From the NCBI GenBank assembly GCA_028534125.1, contig CM052817.1:12278001-12342000 (forward strand): a stretch of 64,000 nucleotides of DNA, read 5' to 3'. A program made the position numbers and the translations under genes. A model generated the notes under the pieces. The model worked only from the letters and a program-made list of their open reading frames with translations, made no database searches and was not told the origin of the DNA. Source of the stretch: Lama glama (lineage: Eukaryota). Shown piece after piece: positions 13,341 through 26,489 of this stretch (its first letter is position 1; every line of letters begins with the position of its first letter).

Positions 13341-14758
13341 TTGACTTCACCCGAGCATTTTCCGACTTGCAAGCTGTTCAAGGAGGGATGTATGTACTGA
13401 GTCCACAAGGTGACCCAGGGGAACACTATTGAGCATAGAGATTACTAATGTATGTATATCATATTCGTTCACAAATTAAATCTCTTTCTGTCCTCAAATC
13501 AGCTTGGATCTAGGGACCCAACAGCTCAGAACATTTGTTACTTAACCAGAGGCTTCTAGTCCTAGTTTTTCTCACATCTTGAGCCCTTGGTTATGTCAGA
13601 CTCGCTAAGTTGTTGGTTTTTGTGTTTTTTTTTTCTTCTTCTTCTTCAAGAAAACAAATTTATACCAATTGTACTCATTTTAAATTATATTTCTGTCTCA
13701 TTGTTCCTTGCTATCCTACCTCCATTCCAATCTTTCTTAGATCAGGGAAATATTTTATCCAAGCTTCAACTAGCACATCAAAGAAATGAATTTTGGCTAC
13801 CATACAGGCTCAGAATGGAGCCAAAGAGAAAAGGGGACCTTAAAGAAATACCAATTTAACAACCAGAATTAGTGAGAAGAAACAATTGATATTAAGTGAA
13901 ATGGGGTTTGAGATGGAGCAGGAGGTCAGTGCCTCGCTGAAAATTGAATGAGAAATCCATGCCGTAATTTTCTACTGTAGCAAAAACAGAAGAAAATACA
14001 GCCAACATTGCATCAAGGGGGCAGGAGTACTTGAATGTGCAGATGAGTCCAGAAGCTACGAGAACTGAAATCAAAATCAGTGGGATTAAGTATAGTATTT
14101 TTGTCAGCTCTGTTCATAGACTAGTGAGAAGAAAGGCATGCGTTTTAATGTAACTTCTAAAAATACATGCAAAGGCTATCTGCTTTTTCCTTGTTTAAGA
14201 GCTCTGGGTTTGATTCCCAGCTCTTCTACCAACTAATTGTATGACCTTGGAGAATGTTCTAAACCTCCCTAACCGTCTGTATCTATAACATAGAAATGAT
14301 TATTATCATTGCCCCAACTCAGAGGACTGTAGTCACAACTAAACAAGACATTGAATATAAAGACATTTAACAAATAATGAGGACTACAAAAATAGTAATT
14401 ATACATATTAGTAGTATGATCATCTTTGTTATTATTTTGTGGATCAAACACTCAAGTGGAGACTCAAAAGAATACAATAAATCTTCATCATGCAGATTAT
14501 TTCATAACTTGCTGTATCAGTGGGCACATCCTTTTCAAAATGACAAATGCAATACATCAGGGATCTGAATCATTCTTCTCCCAAGAGGAAGGCACAGAGT
14601 TTATAATGATTGATTGTGACCTTGAAAACATAATTATTTCAATGGTGCTGAAAATGCAGTTTATTCTTTTCTGTGTTTAGGTAGGAGGAGGAATTTCACA
14701 CTGGCCTGCAGAAGTGGTAGTAGGGCACTTACAATTCAAAACACAAAAGGGAACATTG

Positions 14759-14815
14759 TGTCAAATTCCAGGGTAGAGCAAACAACATTGTAAAATGATT
14801 ATAAAACCATAAAAA
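14759..14815 (+). mobile_element. 57-bp young L1 3'-end insertion with 5' inversion
   Basis: 14759-14780 antisense and 14782-14815 sense pieces of the same 3'UTR seen at 9595-9650; TSD AAAAGGGA(A/G)CATTG at 14745-14758 and 14816-14829. Confidence 0.85.
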
Positions 14816-15878
14816 AAAAGGGAGCATTGATGCCCCATAGAACCAATCTTCTAATGATGCTTTGCAAATGGATTTGTATGTGCATTTTAAAAATGCTCAA
14901 GTGCCCATATTTTTAAACATATAGGTTATTTGTTATTAAATATTGGCAATCAACAAAGTAAGAGGAAAAAATCAATTCATAGGTATCAGCTATGTATAGG
15001 TATTTCTTGCTAGGTTTCATGTGATCTACAATAGATCTAGATTTCAGGGACTTAGAGATTGAGAAAACATACAGAAATTCCCAATATTTACCCTGAAAAT
15101 ATAGTATAAATACATGGCTTGAGACATTCTGAGATAAAAAGCTTAGATTCAGTATTTACTACCTTTGCTTCCTCAAACTTAACAAGTGCTTTGGGTCTCA
15201 GTTTTCATATCTATAACTTAGGAACACTAATAACTTCTTTGAAGGCTGATGTCTATAATGGGTTCTATGCAGAATAGATGTTCAATATTGCAGTATAACT
15301 TCTCCTATCTTGATTAAATCATAGGGAAAGGCTAGAAACAAACATTTCACTTCTTTCCTGAAGACATAATTGGAGGCCAAAGTATGATAGGATTAGTATT
15401 TAAAAAAGGAATAGATGTTTAATAATAGTAGCTATTATTATTAGCATTCACGATTTTGCAAAACAGAAGGACAGATTGTTTTATATTGTACACTTCTATC
15501 TTTTTCCTAAAGTAGAATATGATTGCCTTTTGTAAACTTGCAGTGAGGAGTGGTGATTTTCTTATTTTCTTAAAACCGTACATAATCTTCCTCTACCCAA
15601 CTAGACCCAACTTGCAGAGTCGTTGTATATTACTTTTTTGCAGACCCCTGAACTCTCATCCATCCCATGCTCTGTGTATTTCTGACTCAATGACCTTTTC
15701 CTTGCCAACTTCTCCAGATGTATTCCCACCTTAGTAATTTTCTCCATCTTTTCTGCCCATCCATAGCTCACAAATCCTTTGACACAGATTCATTTTTCCT
15801 GACTGCAGCAAAGCCTTATTCTCCTTTAAAGAATGAAGGTGGTCGAATGAAAAGAATAGATTATTTAAGATATAGAAT

Positions 15879-16627
15879 AGGGGTCAGTGTGATAGGCAGA
15901 ATGATAACCTTCTGAAGATATTCATATTCTAACCTATGGGACCTGTGAATATTTTACATTATAAGGCAAAGGGAAGTCAAAGTTTTGGGAGAAATTAAGG
16001 TTGTTAGTCAGCTAACTCTAGGATAGGGAGGTTATATGGATTTATCTAGGTGGGCCCAACATAATCACAAGGATCCTCAAATATAGAAGAAGAAGGTAGA
16101 AGAGTAGGTGTCAGAGTGATACAGCACAAGGAAGACTAAATCAGGCATCGCTGTTTTTGCAGCTGGAAAGGGGGCCCCAGACTAAGGAGTGCAGGTGACT
16201 TCTAGAAGCTCAAAAAGCCAAGGAAACTGATTCTCTCCTGGAACTAAGAAATGTAGTCCTGCTAACACCTTGACTTTAGCCCAGTAAGAGCCGTTTGTGA
16301 CATCTGACCTCGAGAACTATAAAAGTTCTGTAAGATAATTAATTTATGTTGTGTAAAGCCACCAAGTTTGTGGCCATTTATTATAGAAACAATACAAAAC
16401 CAATATAGTCAGCAAATGGTTTCTGTGAAGGGAGAGATGAAAAATATTTGAGGCATTGCAGGCCATACAATTTTTATCACAGCTACTCAAATCTATTGTT
16501 GTAGTGTAAAGGCAGTCACAGACAATGCATGAATAAAGGGGCATGCCTGTATTCCAATAAAGCTTTATCAGTGAAAACAGGTGACAGGCCAGATTTGGCT
16601 TGGGGGCCACAGTTGGCTGAGCGCCAG
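15879..16627 (+). mobile_element. MER58A hAT MITE split by the MLT1D (15879-15887 plus 16408-16627)
   Basis: aggggtcag|caaatggtttctgtgaaggg...cagctactcaa...ttccaataaagctttat...ggccagatttggc. Confidence 0.85.
15888..16407 (+). mobile_element. MLT1D solo LTR with 5-bp TSD
   Basis: Recognisable MLT1D along its length (ggtgggcccaacataatcacaagg, accttgactttagcccagt, aagccaccaagtttgtgg); GTCAG at 15883-15887 and 16408-16412. Confidence 0.9.
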
Positions 16628-16756
16628 TGAGATCTGCCTATGAAGTAGCACTCCAGAGCCTCGAATCTTGGGCGTGTTATTTAACGTCTTTATGCCTTGG
16701 TTTCCTTATATAACCAGTGGTGTCACTTCTATTCACGTGTATCAGAGATGATGAGC

Positions 16757-17176
16757 TGTCCTCAAAAGTCTCTTTCCCTTTTCGTAGTGGAAGTCCTACC
16801 TGAGAAGTGGCTGCACTGCCAGAACTACCCCTGTTGCATGCCTTCTAGATGGGTACGGTTGTGGCCTCCGGCTTCTGGGACGTCAGCTGGAGTGATGAGC
16901 ACCTTCCATGCTTGTCCCTGTAAATCTTCCCCTTGAATCTCCTCCAGGGGCTTTGCTCCTCTGGCTGGATGTAATGGAGTATGCTTGAGTGCAATACTTT
17001 GAAGATAGAAACCTTCTGTTTCGGGGTTCCTGAATGACAGTGTGGAAGACAGCTGATCTGTACAACTGATAACTGACCCCAAAATATTGAATGAGCAAGA
17101 AGTAAGCCCCCAGTGCTTTTGTCCCATTGTAACTTCTGGAGTCTTTTTGTATAACAGTTAGTATTCTCTAAATAAT
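16757..17176 (+). mobile_element. MaLR LTR, MLT1I/J-like, nested in a MIR
   Basis: gggttcctgaatgacagtgtggaag...tgagcaagaagtaagc; MIR halves at about 16640-16750 and 17180-17260. Confidence 0.65.
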
Positions 17177-17384
17177 GTCTCATATTTAAAGTTATAATGA
17201 AGATTAAAGAAAATATTATGTGAAATAGTATACACAGCACATGGGATTTAACAATTAATAGTTAATCCGTGCCTTATTTCTTAATTCCTCCAAAACTCTA
17301 GTTTGCACTACACAATGTAAGTTTAAACTGGGTACTAGTCTTGTCTCCCTAACTTGACAGGGAACATTGTCTTCTTTTTCGAGG

Positions 17385-17995
17385 CAGCGTGGCATAGTCT
17401 TAAAAGAATGGGCTTTGAAGTTTGTTATACCAGGAGTCACTCCTTCATATCCCACCACTACCACAACAGTTTATTTTTTGGCTTTAATTTCTCTCAACCT
17501 CTGTTTCATGTGTAAAATGATAATAAATGACACAGAGCTATTATGTTTAACTTTTCTATTTGCTTTCATATGTCAGGACTTTAGCACATGACTGAGTCAT
17601 TCACTCATTTATCAATTATTTAACATTATGAAAGTTGCTTCTGGAGAAAACTGCTAAATTTCCTTAATTCATTTGTAATATACTATGGCATTTCCATAAG
17701 AAATGTGAGTAAAGACAGATAAACATAACATCAGTTGATATTCTTTACTTACGTCTCTTTTGTTTCAGAGTATGGAGACAAATAATAACTTTGAAGGGAG
17801 AAAACATAGGTTAGAGTTTTGTGCTCCTATTGTAACAGCCATATGATCATATTTTCATATAGTTATTCTCACATAGTCTCTTAATTCAATTTTCATATCT
17901 ATAAGTAGATAAGCCTGAGTAAGTTTTAAAGCGAATGTATAAAAACTTCTAACTTAGAACCTGGTGCATAGTAGGTGCTCAGTAAATTATTTTTA
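17385..17995 (+). mobile_element. Two MIR SINEs (about 17385-17600 and 17780-17995)
   Basis: gcagcgtggcatagtc...gggctttgaag head; cctggtgcatagtaggtgctcagtaaat tail. Confidence 0.65.
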
Positions 17996-19320
17996 TTTTC
18001 ATTATTAGTATTATTGAGGTGAGTTACAAAATTTTAAGAATAATCACTGTTTTTTTAGGATTGGGTCCTCATCATTATTATCAACAAAATTATATTGAGT
18101 TTCTGCTATTTTCTAAATACTGAGTTCAAAACCCAAAGTCCTTATTCCCAGAGTTGGTGTAATCCCATTACAATATGCTGAACCTTGCAAGGGAGAAACA
18201 GGTATGTACATGTATTGACTAAGTTCTGAAGATGATAAATGACTTTCATTGAAATTCACCCTACTCTATGTAAACCCAAATACTGTACACAGTTAAATCT
18301 TCTGATAAATCAAAAAGTCTATGTGAAAACTGAATACAAAACAGAGATCATTTGAAAAGTGAGACTGATTAATCAATTCATTTGTGTATCTATTTAGACC
18401 TTCTATTTAGTTATCCATCAAGCAATCATGGAAATATAAATCACCATTTCATGTTAGTTTCATATTATCAGACACTACACAACCCTGGCTCTAGGAAAAC
18501 AATAGATCATTACCAACAATATTTATTGAACTATGAGAAGCTGAATAGGAAAAAAAAAAGAACTCAGCAGGCCAATAATGTCAAAAGCCTCAAGAAACTT
18601 CTGTCCTCTATTCTCAGTTGATCAAGGCTATAGTTTTAACTTCTACTCCTACAAGGAGAGACAGTTGACAATGCCACAGCCCCAGTTTTTTATCCTTTCT
18701 ACACTACAGGTCTGAGTATCCATTTGCTTTTAGAGTATCTGCATCTGTAAATTCTAGGAAGATGAATCATCTTCCTGATGTTCTGCTTTTGATTTCCAGG
18801 TTTCATTCCTCTAATTCCTAAACTCTAGTTTCATATTTATATATTTGACGCTGATTTTCTTCTCCTTCATAACAATCAGCCATTAACCTTGGTAGTTCCT
18901 TCTTCTAAACATTGATCACACTATTTCTTTATTGTCTCTATTTAGTTCCTCAGTAAGTTCTTTAATGCTTTAACACAATTATTCTGGGATGGTCATCTAA
19001 TCTTCAGCTATGGCACCCTATTTTCAGAAAATATATATATGAGGAGGAAACTCAAATGCTTCTAGGGCCAGGCAAATAATGCAAAGCCTGATACCAGTTA
19101 TGGATGCAAGCACGTTTTGTTTATTATGCAAGAGGATATTATTCACTTGCACAAATATATATATACATATATATGTAGATAGTCTCTATTTTTCTTGAAA
19201 ATCTATACTTTTGTAAATTTGTATTTATTAATTACTAATTAAATTTTTGTTCTTATTAAATTACATTTTCATAGCTAAAAAAGTCAAATACCACTAAAAG
19301 TGTCATAAAGAAAAACAATA

Positions 19321-20151
19321 GAGGACAGGATCAAGATGAGAGTGAGCAGATTCTGAGCTCACATCCTCCCACAAACACCAAAATTACAACTACATGTAAA
19401 ACAATTCTCTCTGAGAACAACCTGAGGACTAGCAGAAAGGATCTTCTACCACAAAGAATACAAACTGTTGGTAGGAATTGGTATAGGCATTTTTTGTGAT
19501 TCCTAAAATAATTAAAAATGAAACTGTGGCATGATCCAGCAGTTCTACTCTTGGGTATTTACCTGAAAAAATGGAAACACTGTTTGGTTTTTTTTAATAT
19601 AAATGCTCCAATGTTTATAGTAGCATTATTTGTAATAGCCAAGATATGGAAGCAACTTAAGTGTCCATCAACAGATGAATGGATAAAGAAGTGGTAAATA
19701 TATACAATGGAATATTACTTAGCCTTAAATAAGGATGAATTCTTGCCATCTGTAACAGTATAGATGGACCTGCCAGGTATTATGCTTAGAAAAGTAAGTC
19801 AGACAGAGGGAGACAGATACTATATGTTATCATTTATATGTGGAATCTAAAAAATAAAACAAATAAACAAACATAACAAAACAGGAATGGACTCACTGAT
19901 ACAGAGAGTAAAGTAGTAGTTACCAGAGAGGAGATGAGTAGGGGAAGGTAACAAGTAGGTGAAGGGGATTAAAAGGTAAAAACTACCAATTATAAAATAA
20001 ATTATGGGGTGTAAAGCACAGCATAGGAAACACAGTCAATATTTTATGATACCTTTTTATGGTGCATAATCTATAAATCTTGAGTAACTATGTTGTACAC
20101 CTGAAAAAATGATATTTTAAATGAATTATACTTCAATACACTAAAAAAAAA
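19321..20151 (+). mobile_element. Internally deleted laurasiatherian L1: 5'UTR start fused to ORF2 end and 3'UTR
   Basis: 19321-19460 resembles an L1 5' end (caagatg...ctgagctcacatcctcccac...acaactacatgtaaaacaattctc); 19461-20151 is ORF2 C-terminus (atatgtggaatctaa ~19835), 3'UTR and A-tail. Confidence 0.8.
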
Positions 20152-20374
20152 TTCCCTGTCCTACAATTTCCATTCCTAATTTTTGGTTTCCAAAGGAAAA
20201 TGCTTTTAGTGAATTTACCTATTCCATTGGTATTCATATTCATGTTTCATAAGAATGTTATAATACTGCTCTAAGTATTCTGTTTTCCATTGATATTCTA
20301 CTCTGGAAGATGAGTGTTTAGCTTTCATGATCTTTTCCTCCAAGACCTACATTTATACTCTTCTAATACAATTA

Positions 20375-20549
20375 GAGTAGTAGCATGCATCAGAATCAGC
20401 TGAAGAGCCTAATGAAACAGATTGCTGGGCTTCATGATCAGAGTTTCTGACTCAGTGCTACTGACATAGAACTCAATAATTTGCATTTCTAACAATTTCT
20501 CAGGTGATCCTGACACTGGTGGTCTAGTACATATTTTGCAAACCACTGA
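20375..20549. mobile_element. MER5A hAT MITE
   Basis: gcatcagaatcagctg...cagattgctgggc...tttgcatttctaac...caggtgatcctga...aaaccactg. Confidence 0.85.
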
Positions 20550-20559
20550 ATTTTATAAC

Positions 20560-21033
20560 ATTATTATTCATCATATCAAAATTTGCTTTTTCATTTTAAT
20601 GACCAAAGTGTTAGTCAGATCTGAGCCACTTAGTGTACTATAATTACATTCCCATTATTGGGCAACATTCTCTTACTTTTATAGTTAATACTTTTCCCCC
20701 ATACTTTTATTTCCAAAGTTTCCAATAGAAGTAACATTTTTTTTCCTGTTTGAAGACATTCAATAACATACTGATTTATTTTATTTTTAGGATTATTTTC
20801 TGGAGTTTTCCTTTTCGAAAAAAATTTGCTTCATTTCAACTGCTTGAACTTTATAGTCCTTATCACAGGTCTTAGATAACTACCTCTAGAATTTTTCCTC
20901 CCCTCTCTCCTGGATTGCATTTTCTGTTTCCCAGATCCTGTTTCTTGTTTATTCATACCTTTCACTTTTATTTTGCAGAAGCATATCCTCTAATGGCCTC
21001 CCTAAAATGAGTTCTTGTATGAATGTGTCATTA

Positions 21034-21069
<36 letters not shown>

Positions 21070-21215
21070 TTGATAGTTTGGCTAGTTATAGATTTATAGG
21101 TTGGAAATTATCTCTCAGAATTTTCAAAATATTGTTAAATTTTTCCCCTTTTAGTTGTTGCTGTTGAGAAATCTGACATCATTTTTATTCTGAAAACTTT
21201 ATATGGTGAGTGTTT
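20560..21215 (-). mobile_element. Ancient L1ME/HAL1-type fragment
   Basis: gatagtttggctagttatagatttataggttggaaatt...ttgctgttgagaaatctga antisense motifs. Confidence 0.6.
21039..21067. repeat. (CA)14 microsatellite
   Basis: Perfect CA run. Confidence 0.97.
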
Positions 21216-22774
21216 TTGTGTGTGGGGGGTATATGTATGCTTATAAACTGAAGGAGTAATATCATTGAAAAGCTGTGACGTTGTAAATCCAAGACGACTA
21301 AAACAGAAACTAATTAGAGCTGCTAGAGGTAAATAACACAAAACAGCACTACTTTTAAGTGTGATGAAAAGAGCATATACTTCCTTCCAGTTACCCCTTT
21401 TCTCCAGTAGCAGAATATAGTTGAAATTTTGCGTGTGTGTGCTCTGCAGGCAATCCTGTCCCCCATGCTTGTGTTTCTTCAAGATATTGGAAGATATTTT
21501 CCCTGACTCCATGTGGTCCCAGGTGGGCTATTGATGACAGAATCCTGTCCGTACCTGTTGGATCGGATAGGGGAATGAGTCAGGCTGACTGCTGGAGAAG
21601 TGTTCTTATACATCAAATTTAGCATGGGCACATAACCCAACAAGACCAATCTTACTGGTGTGCTGAAATTAGGAGAAAGGTCCCCTTTGAATGGGTTTGC
21701 AAAAATGTGAGAATAAAAAGCTCTTGGTATTCAGCATGCTTACCAAGTGGCAAGAGCCTTTCAGAGAAGAAAGTCAAACAGAGATAAAGAAACTCAGCTC
21801 TGATAACATCATTGAGCCCATAATCCACCTCTGCCCGTCCCTGAAATATGAGACAATAAATTTCCTTTTCACTTAAATGTACAGTATATTTTGTGGCAGT
21901 TAGAATGGATAAAGCCAGAAGAGTACATTTTCTATCCACCCCCATGGATAAGCTATTTATGCCATTAAACAGAATATTTAACATGATACAATTTTTAAAG
22001 AATCAAAGTATCTCTTAGTAATATGTTCTCAAATGTGAATTTATAATTCAAAAAGCTTTAAAATACAAATACATATCAAAACCAAAGTGATAAAATGATG
22101 TAGTATAGGAGTTTGGTAAACTATAAGAATATTAATAATTATTATTACTCTTATTTTAGCTATTATAATTTTTATTAATATCACTACTATTGTAATGCCA
22201 CAGATTTATTATTCTTCATGCATCTTCTGATTAGAGCTTATGACATATTACTCAGTGTGTCTAATGTCACAATGTTTTTTATTGTACCATCATTTATTAA
22301 TGTGACCATTATCATCATATGGAACAAATTATATGAGAGATCATTATATTTCTGGAAAGTTTTATCTTAACCCATCACAATGCCACAGGCCCCTCTTGCA
22401 GCTATGATTCCATTGAACATTTTAGTGCCTCTATTTTGTATGCCTTGCTTCTTATCCCCTTCAATCATAATCTCAATTTAATTGCCTCTTCTCTGGCAAA
22501 TACAAACATTATCTTCCTTACTCCTAGAATTAATAACTTCTGTGATGGCTTATCATCTTTTTTTGTTCTTCAGTGCACCTTTTCCAATTAAAATGGAAAT
22601 TAAATGGAACGGAATACGACAACCAAAATCATGTATATAGATCTGGTGGATTTGGATTCCACTGAATGCTAAACAGAACTCGGCATATTTGAAGATTTTT
22701 CCTATTTATTGTTTCCCACAAGCCACTAGGCAAAAAGTAAATATATGTTGATTGTCTGTGATTTATTGTTTTAT

Positions 22775-22846
22775 GTATATATATATATATTGTTTTTTAT
22801 ACACACACACACACACTCACACACACTGGAAAGAGAGAGAGAGAGA
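22775..22846. repeat. Compound (TA)n/(CA)n/(GA)n microsatellite
   Basis: Direct reading. Confidence 0.9.
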
Positions 22847-22849
22847 ATC

Positions 22850-23345
22850 AGGTGTTCCTTCCTCTTCCAGCAGGGACACTACCAAATTTATGGGATTACA
22901 GCTCCACCATTACGGCACCTCTTAACCACACTAATGAATCATCTACAAAACAGAAACAGACTCCCAGACATAGTAAACAATCTTATGGTTATCGGGGAAA
23001 AGGGGATTGGAAGGGATAAATTTAGGAGTTCAAGATTCATTAATGTTGACCACTATATAAAAAATAGATAAAAACCAGACTTCTTCTGCATAGCACAAGG
23101 AACTATATTCAATATCTTGCAATAACCTTTACTAAAATTAATATGGAAACAAATATATGTATATATATGCATGACTGGAACATTACGCTGTACACCAGAA
23201 ATTGACACACTGTAACTGACTATACCTTGAAAAAAAAACAAAAGCATTATAACTTCCCTAAAGGCCCTATCTTCAAATTTAGTCACATTGGAGGTTAGGT
23301 TTTCAACTTATGAATTTTGTGGTGGATATAACTCAGTCCATAACA
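22850..23345 (-). mobile_element. MLT1A/B-type LTR fragment interrupted by a young L1 end
   Basis: aaggccctatcttcaaat...gtcacattggaggttagg...tcaacttatgaatttt...tcagtccataaca. Confidence 0.7.
22928..23243 (+). mobile_element. Camelid-type L1 3'UTR fragment with A-tail
   Basis: tacaaaacagaaacagactcccagacatag...gctgtacaccagaaattgacacactgtaactgactatacc followed by A-run. Confidence 0.92.
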
Positions 23346-23834
23346 AAATCTTCAATGTAAGTTTTAAAAGTTGCAAAAATTTTTAATTGTAAGTATACAG
23401 TACTTTGCTTGAGCAATTACATTTTATATGCTTGGGCTATCACCAATTTTCTTTCTCTTAACTAAAAAAAATTATAACTAATACTACATGAACATTCTTT
23501 CTCATATATAGCATTTTACATCATTTCTCAATTACTTCCTTTTGATAAAATATTCTTAGAAATAAAATTACTTGGCTAAACTTTCAGGTTTTAAGATTCA
23601 CACTACCATACCAATTTATTCTCATAACAGTTGTGATGAACATTCATTTCCCTTCCACTTGCCAGCACCGGCTATCAGTATATTTTCTTAAATATGGGTA
23701 ATTTTGTTATAAGAAAAATATTTTGTCATATAAAATTATTATTCTCATGTGTTTGAGTTGATTGGTAACAGAGCTCATCATACTTCAACACTCTTCCTTT
23801 CTCAAATGACTGGAGCTATTTGCCTAAAACATAT

Positions 23835-26217
23835 TCTTTTTTATTGAAATATAGTTAATTAACAATATTATGTTAGTTTCAGGTATACAACAAAAAGATT
23901 CAATTATATAGCTATTTTTCAGATTATTTTCCATTATATGTTATTACAAGGTATTGAATATAGTTACCTGCGCTGTACAGTAAATTCTTGTTGCTTATCT
24001 AATTTATGTACAATAGTTTGTATCTGTTAATCCCATACTTCTAACTTACCCCGGCCCTCTCCCATTCTCCTTTGGTAACCATAAGTTTGTTTTCTATGTC
24101 TGTGAGTCTATTTCTGTTCTATAAAGACTCATTTGTATTATTTTTTAGATTCCACATATAAGTGATATAATATTTGTCATTCTATGTCTGACCTACTTCA
24201 CTAAGTATAATATTCTCTAGATCCATCCATGTTGCTTCAAATGGCAGTATTTCTTTTTTATGACTGAATAATATGCCATTGTACACGCGCGCACGTGTGT
24301 GTGTGTGTATGTGTGTGTACACCACATTTGCTTAAGTCAGTAATCTGTTGATGGGCACTTGGGTTATTTTATGCCTTGGCTATTGTAAATCGTGCTGCTA
24401 TGAACATTGGAGTGTATGTATCTTTTAATATTAGAGTTTTTGTATTATTTGGATATATGCCCAAGTGTGGAATTGCTGGATCTTATGGTTGTTCTATTTT
24501 TAGCTTTTTAAGGAAACTCCATACTGGCTTCCATACTGGCTGCATCAATTTACATTCTCATCAACAGTGTAGTGGGGATCCTTTCTCTATATCCTCTCCA
24601 GCATTTATTATTAGTAGGCTTTTTGATGATAGTTGTTCTGACAGGTATGAGGTGATACTTCATTGTGGTTTTGATATGCACTTCTCTAGCAGTTAGTGAT
24701 GTTGAGCATCTTTTCATGTGTCTGTTGGTTATCTGTATAAACATATATCTTTAGAGAAATATCTGTTTAGGTCTTCTTACCATTTTTTGACTGAGTTACT
24801 AGTCTTTTCAATAGTTAACTGTATGAGTTGTTTGTATATTTTGGATATTAACCCCTTTTTGGTTGCATCATTTGCAAATATTTTCTCCCATTCTGTAGGT
24901 TTTCTTTTCATTATTTTGATGATTTCATTTGCTGTGGAAAAGCTTTTTGGTTTAAAATTCCAATAAGTACATATCTATCAATAATTTCTTTAAAAGTCAA
25001 GACTAAATGTACCAATAAAAAATATAAAGTGGCAGATTGGATTAAAAAATAAAAACCTACAATTTGCTGCCAACAAGAGATTCACTTTAGGGTGAAAGAT
25101 TGAAAGTGAAGGGATGGAAAAAGATATTTCATGCAAAATTGAAACAACAAGAAAGTGGGAATAGCAATACTCATATCAGACAAGTTAGACCTTAAAACAA
25201 AGTATATAAAGAAAGACAAAAAATAACATTATAATGATAAATAGATCAATACAAGGAGGATATTACACTCATTAATCTATATGCATCCAATATAAAAGCA
25301 CCTTAAATATATAAAACAATTACTAACAGACGTAAAGGGAGAAATTGATAGGAGTACAATAATAGTAGGAGATTTTATCACCCCAATGACAGCAAAGGAC
25401 AGATCTTCCAGACAGGAAATCAATAGGGCAACAGAGGTCGTAAATGACCCAATAGACCAGTTGGACTTAATTGATACCTACCTGACAATACATCCCCCCC
25501 CCCCAAAATCAGAATACATAGTCTTCTTAAGCATTCATAGAACATTCTCTAGGATAGACCACATAATAGGTTAAAAAAACAAGCTTCAACAAATTTAAGA
25601 GGATAGAAGTTATTTCAAGCATTTTTTCTTACCACAAAGATATGAATCTAGAGGTGAACCACAGAAAGAAAAATGGGGAAAAAAGGAACACATGGAGACT
25701 AAACAATACACTACTAAAAAAAAGCTAGGTCTATGATGAAATCAAAGAAGAAAACAGAAAATAACTTGAGACAAACAACACTGAAAACACAACCTTCCAA
25801 AATCTATGAATTGCAGCAAAAGCAATTCTGAGAGGGACATTCATAGTGATACAGGCCTTCCTCAAGAAACAAGGAAAATTTCAAACAACCTGAACTATTA
25901 CCTTAAAGAATTAAAAAGGAAGAATAAATAAAACCCAAACTCAGCAGAAGGAAGGAAATAATGAAGATCAGAGAGGAAGTAAATAAAATGGAGATCAAAA
26001 AACATTAGAAAACATTAACAAAACTGAGTTGTTTTTTGCAAAGCTAAACAGAAATAAACTCAACATGGTTTAAAGACCTAAATAAAGAAATGACACCATA
26101 AAACTCCAAGAAGAGAACATTAGCAAAACATTCTCCAGCATAAGTCATGGCAATATTTTTTAGATCAGTCTCCCAGGGCAAAAGAACTAAAAGCAAAAAT
26201 AAACAAATTGGGCCTAA
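23835..26217 (-). mobile_element. Artiodactyl L1 (L1_Art-like) with 5' inversion and internal deletion
   Basis: 23835-24957 antisense 3'UTR and distal ORF2; 24960-26045 sense ORF2 endonuclease region; 26046-26217 sense late ORF2; TSD core GCCTAAAAC at 23822-23830 and 26212-26220. Confidence 0.92.
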
Positions 26218-26489
26218 AACTTTTCTATGGCAGAGGATCAACTGGTCTTTCTCATACCTCTCTGATAGCAATTACCTTGCTGACTTACTAGAATTTCCTA
26301 ATGCTGTGTTTTGTCACTGGTGTAAGCTTCACTACCCATCCTTGTCACTTGCTGCTAGTCCAAATTGCCAAATTCTTCTCACTATGTCTTTGCATGATCC
26401 ATTCTGTCTGTCATGTATGGCCACCTCTGACTTTCTTCTCTAAATTCTGCTGATGATGGAAAAAAATAATCTCAATGATTACTTTCTCT

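Noticed and set aside
24281..24322. cgcgcgcacgtgt shared with the 5648-5681 tract
   Set aside because: Convergent product of microsatellite evolution inside an L1, not homology
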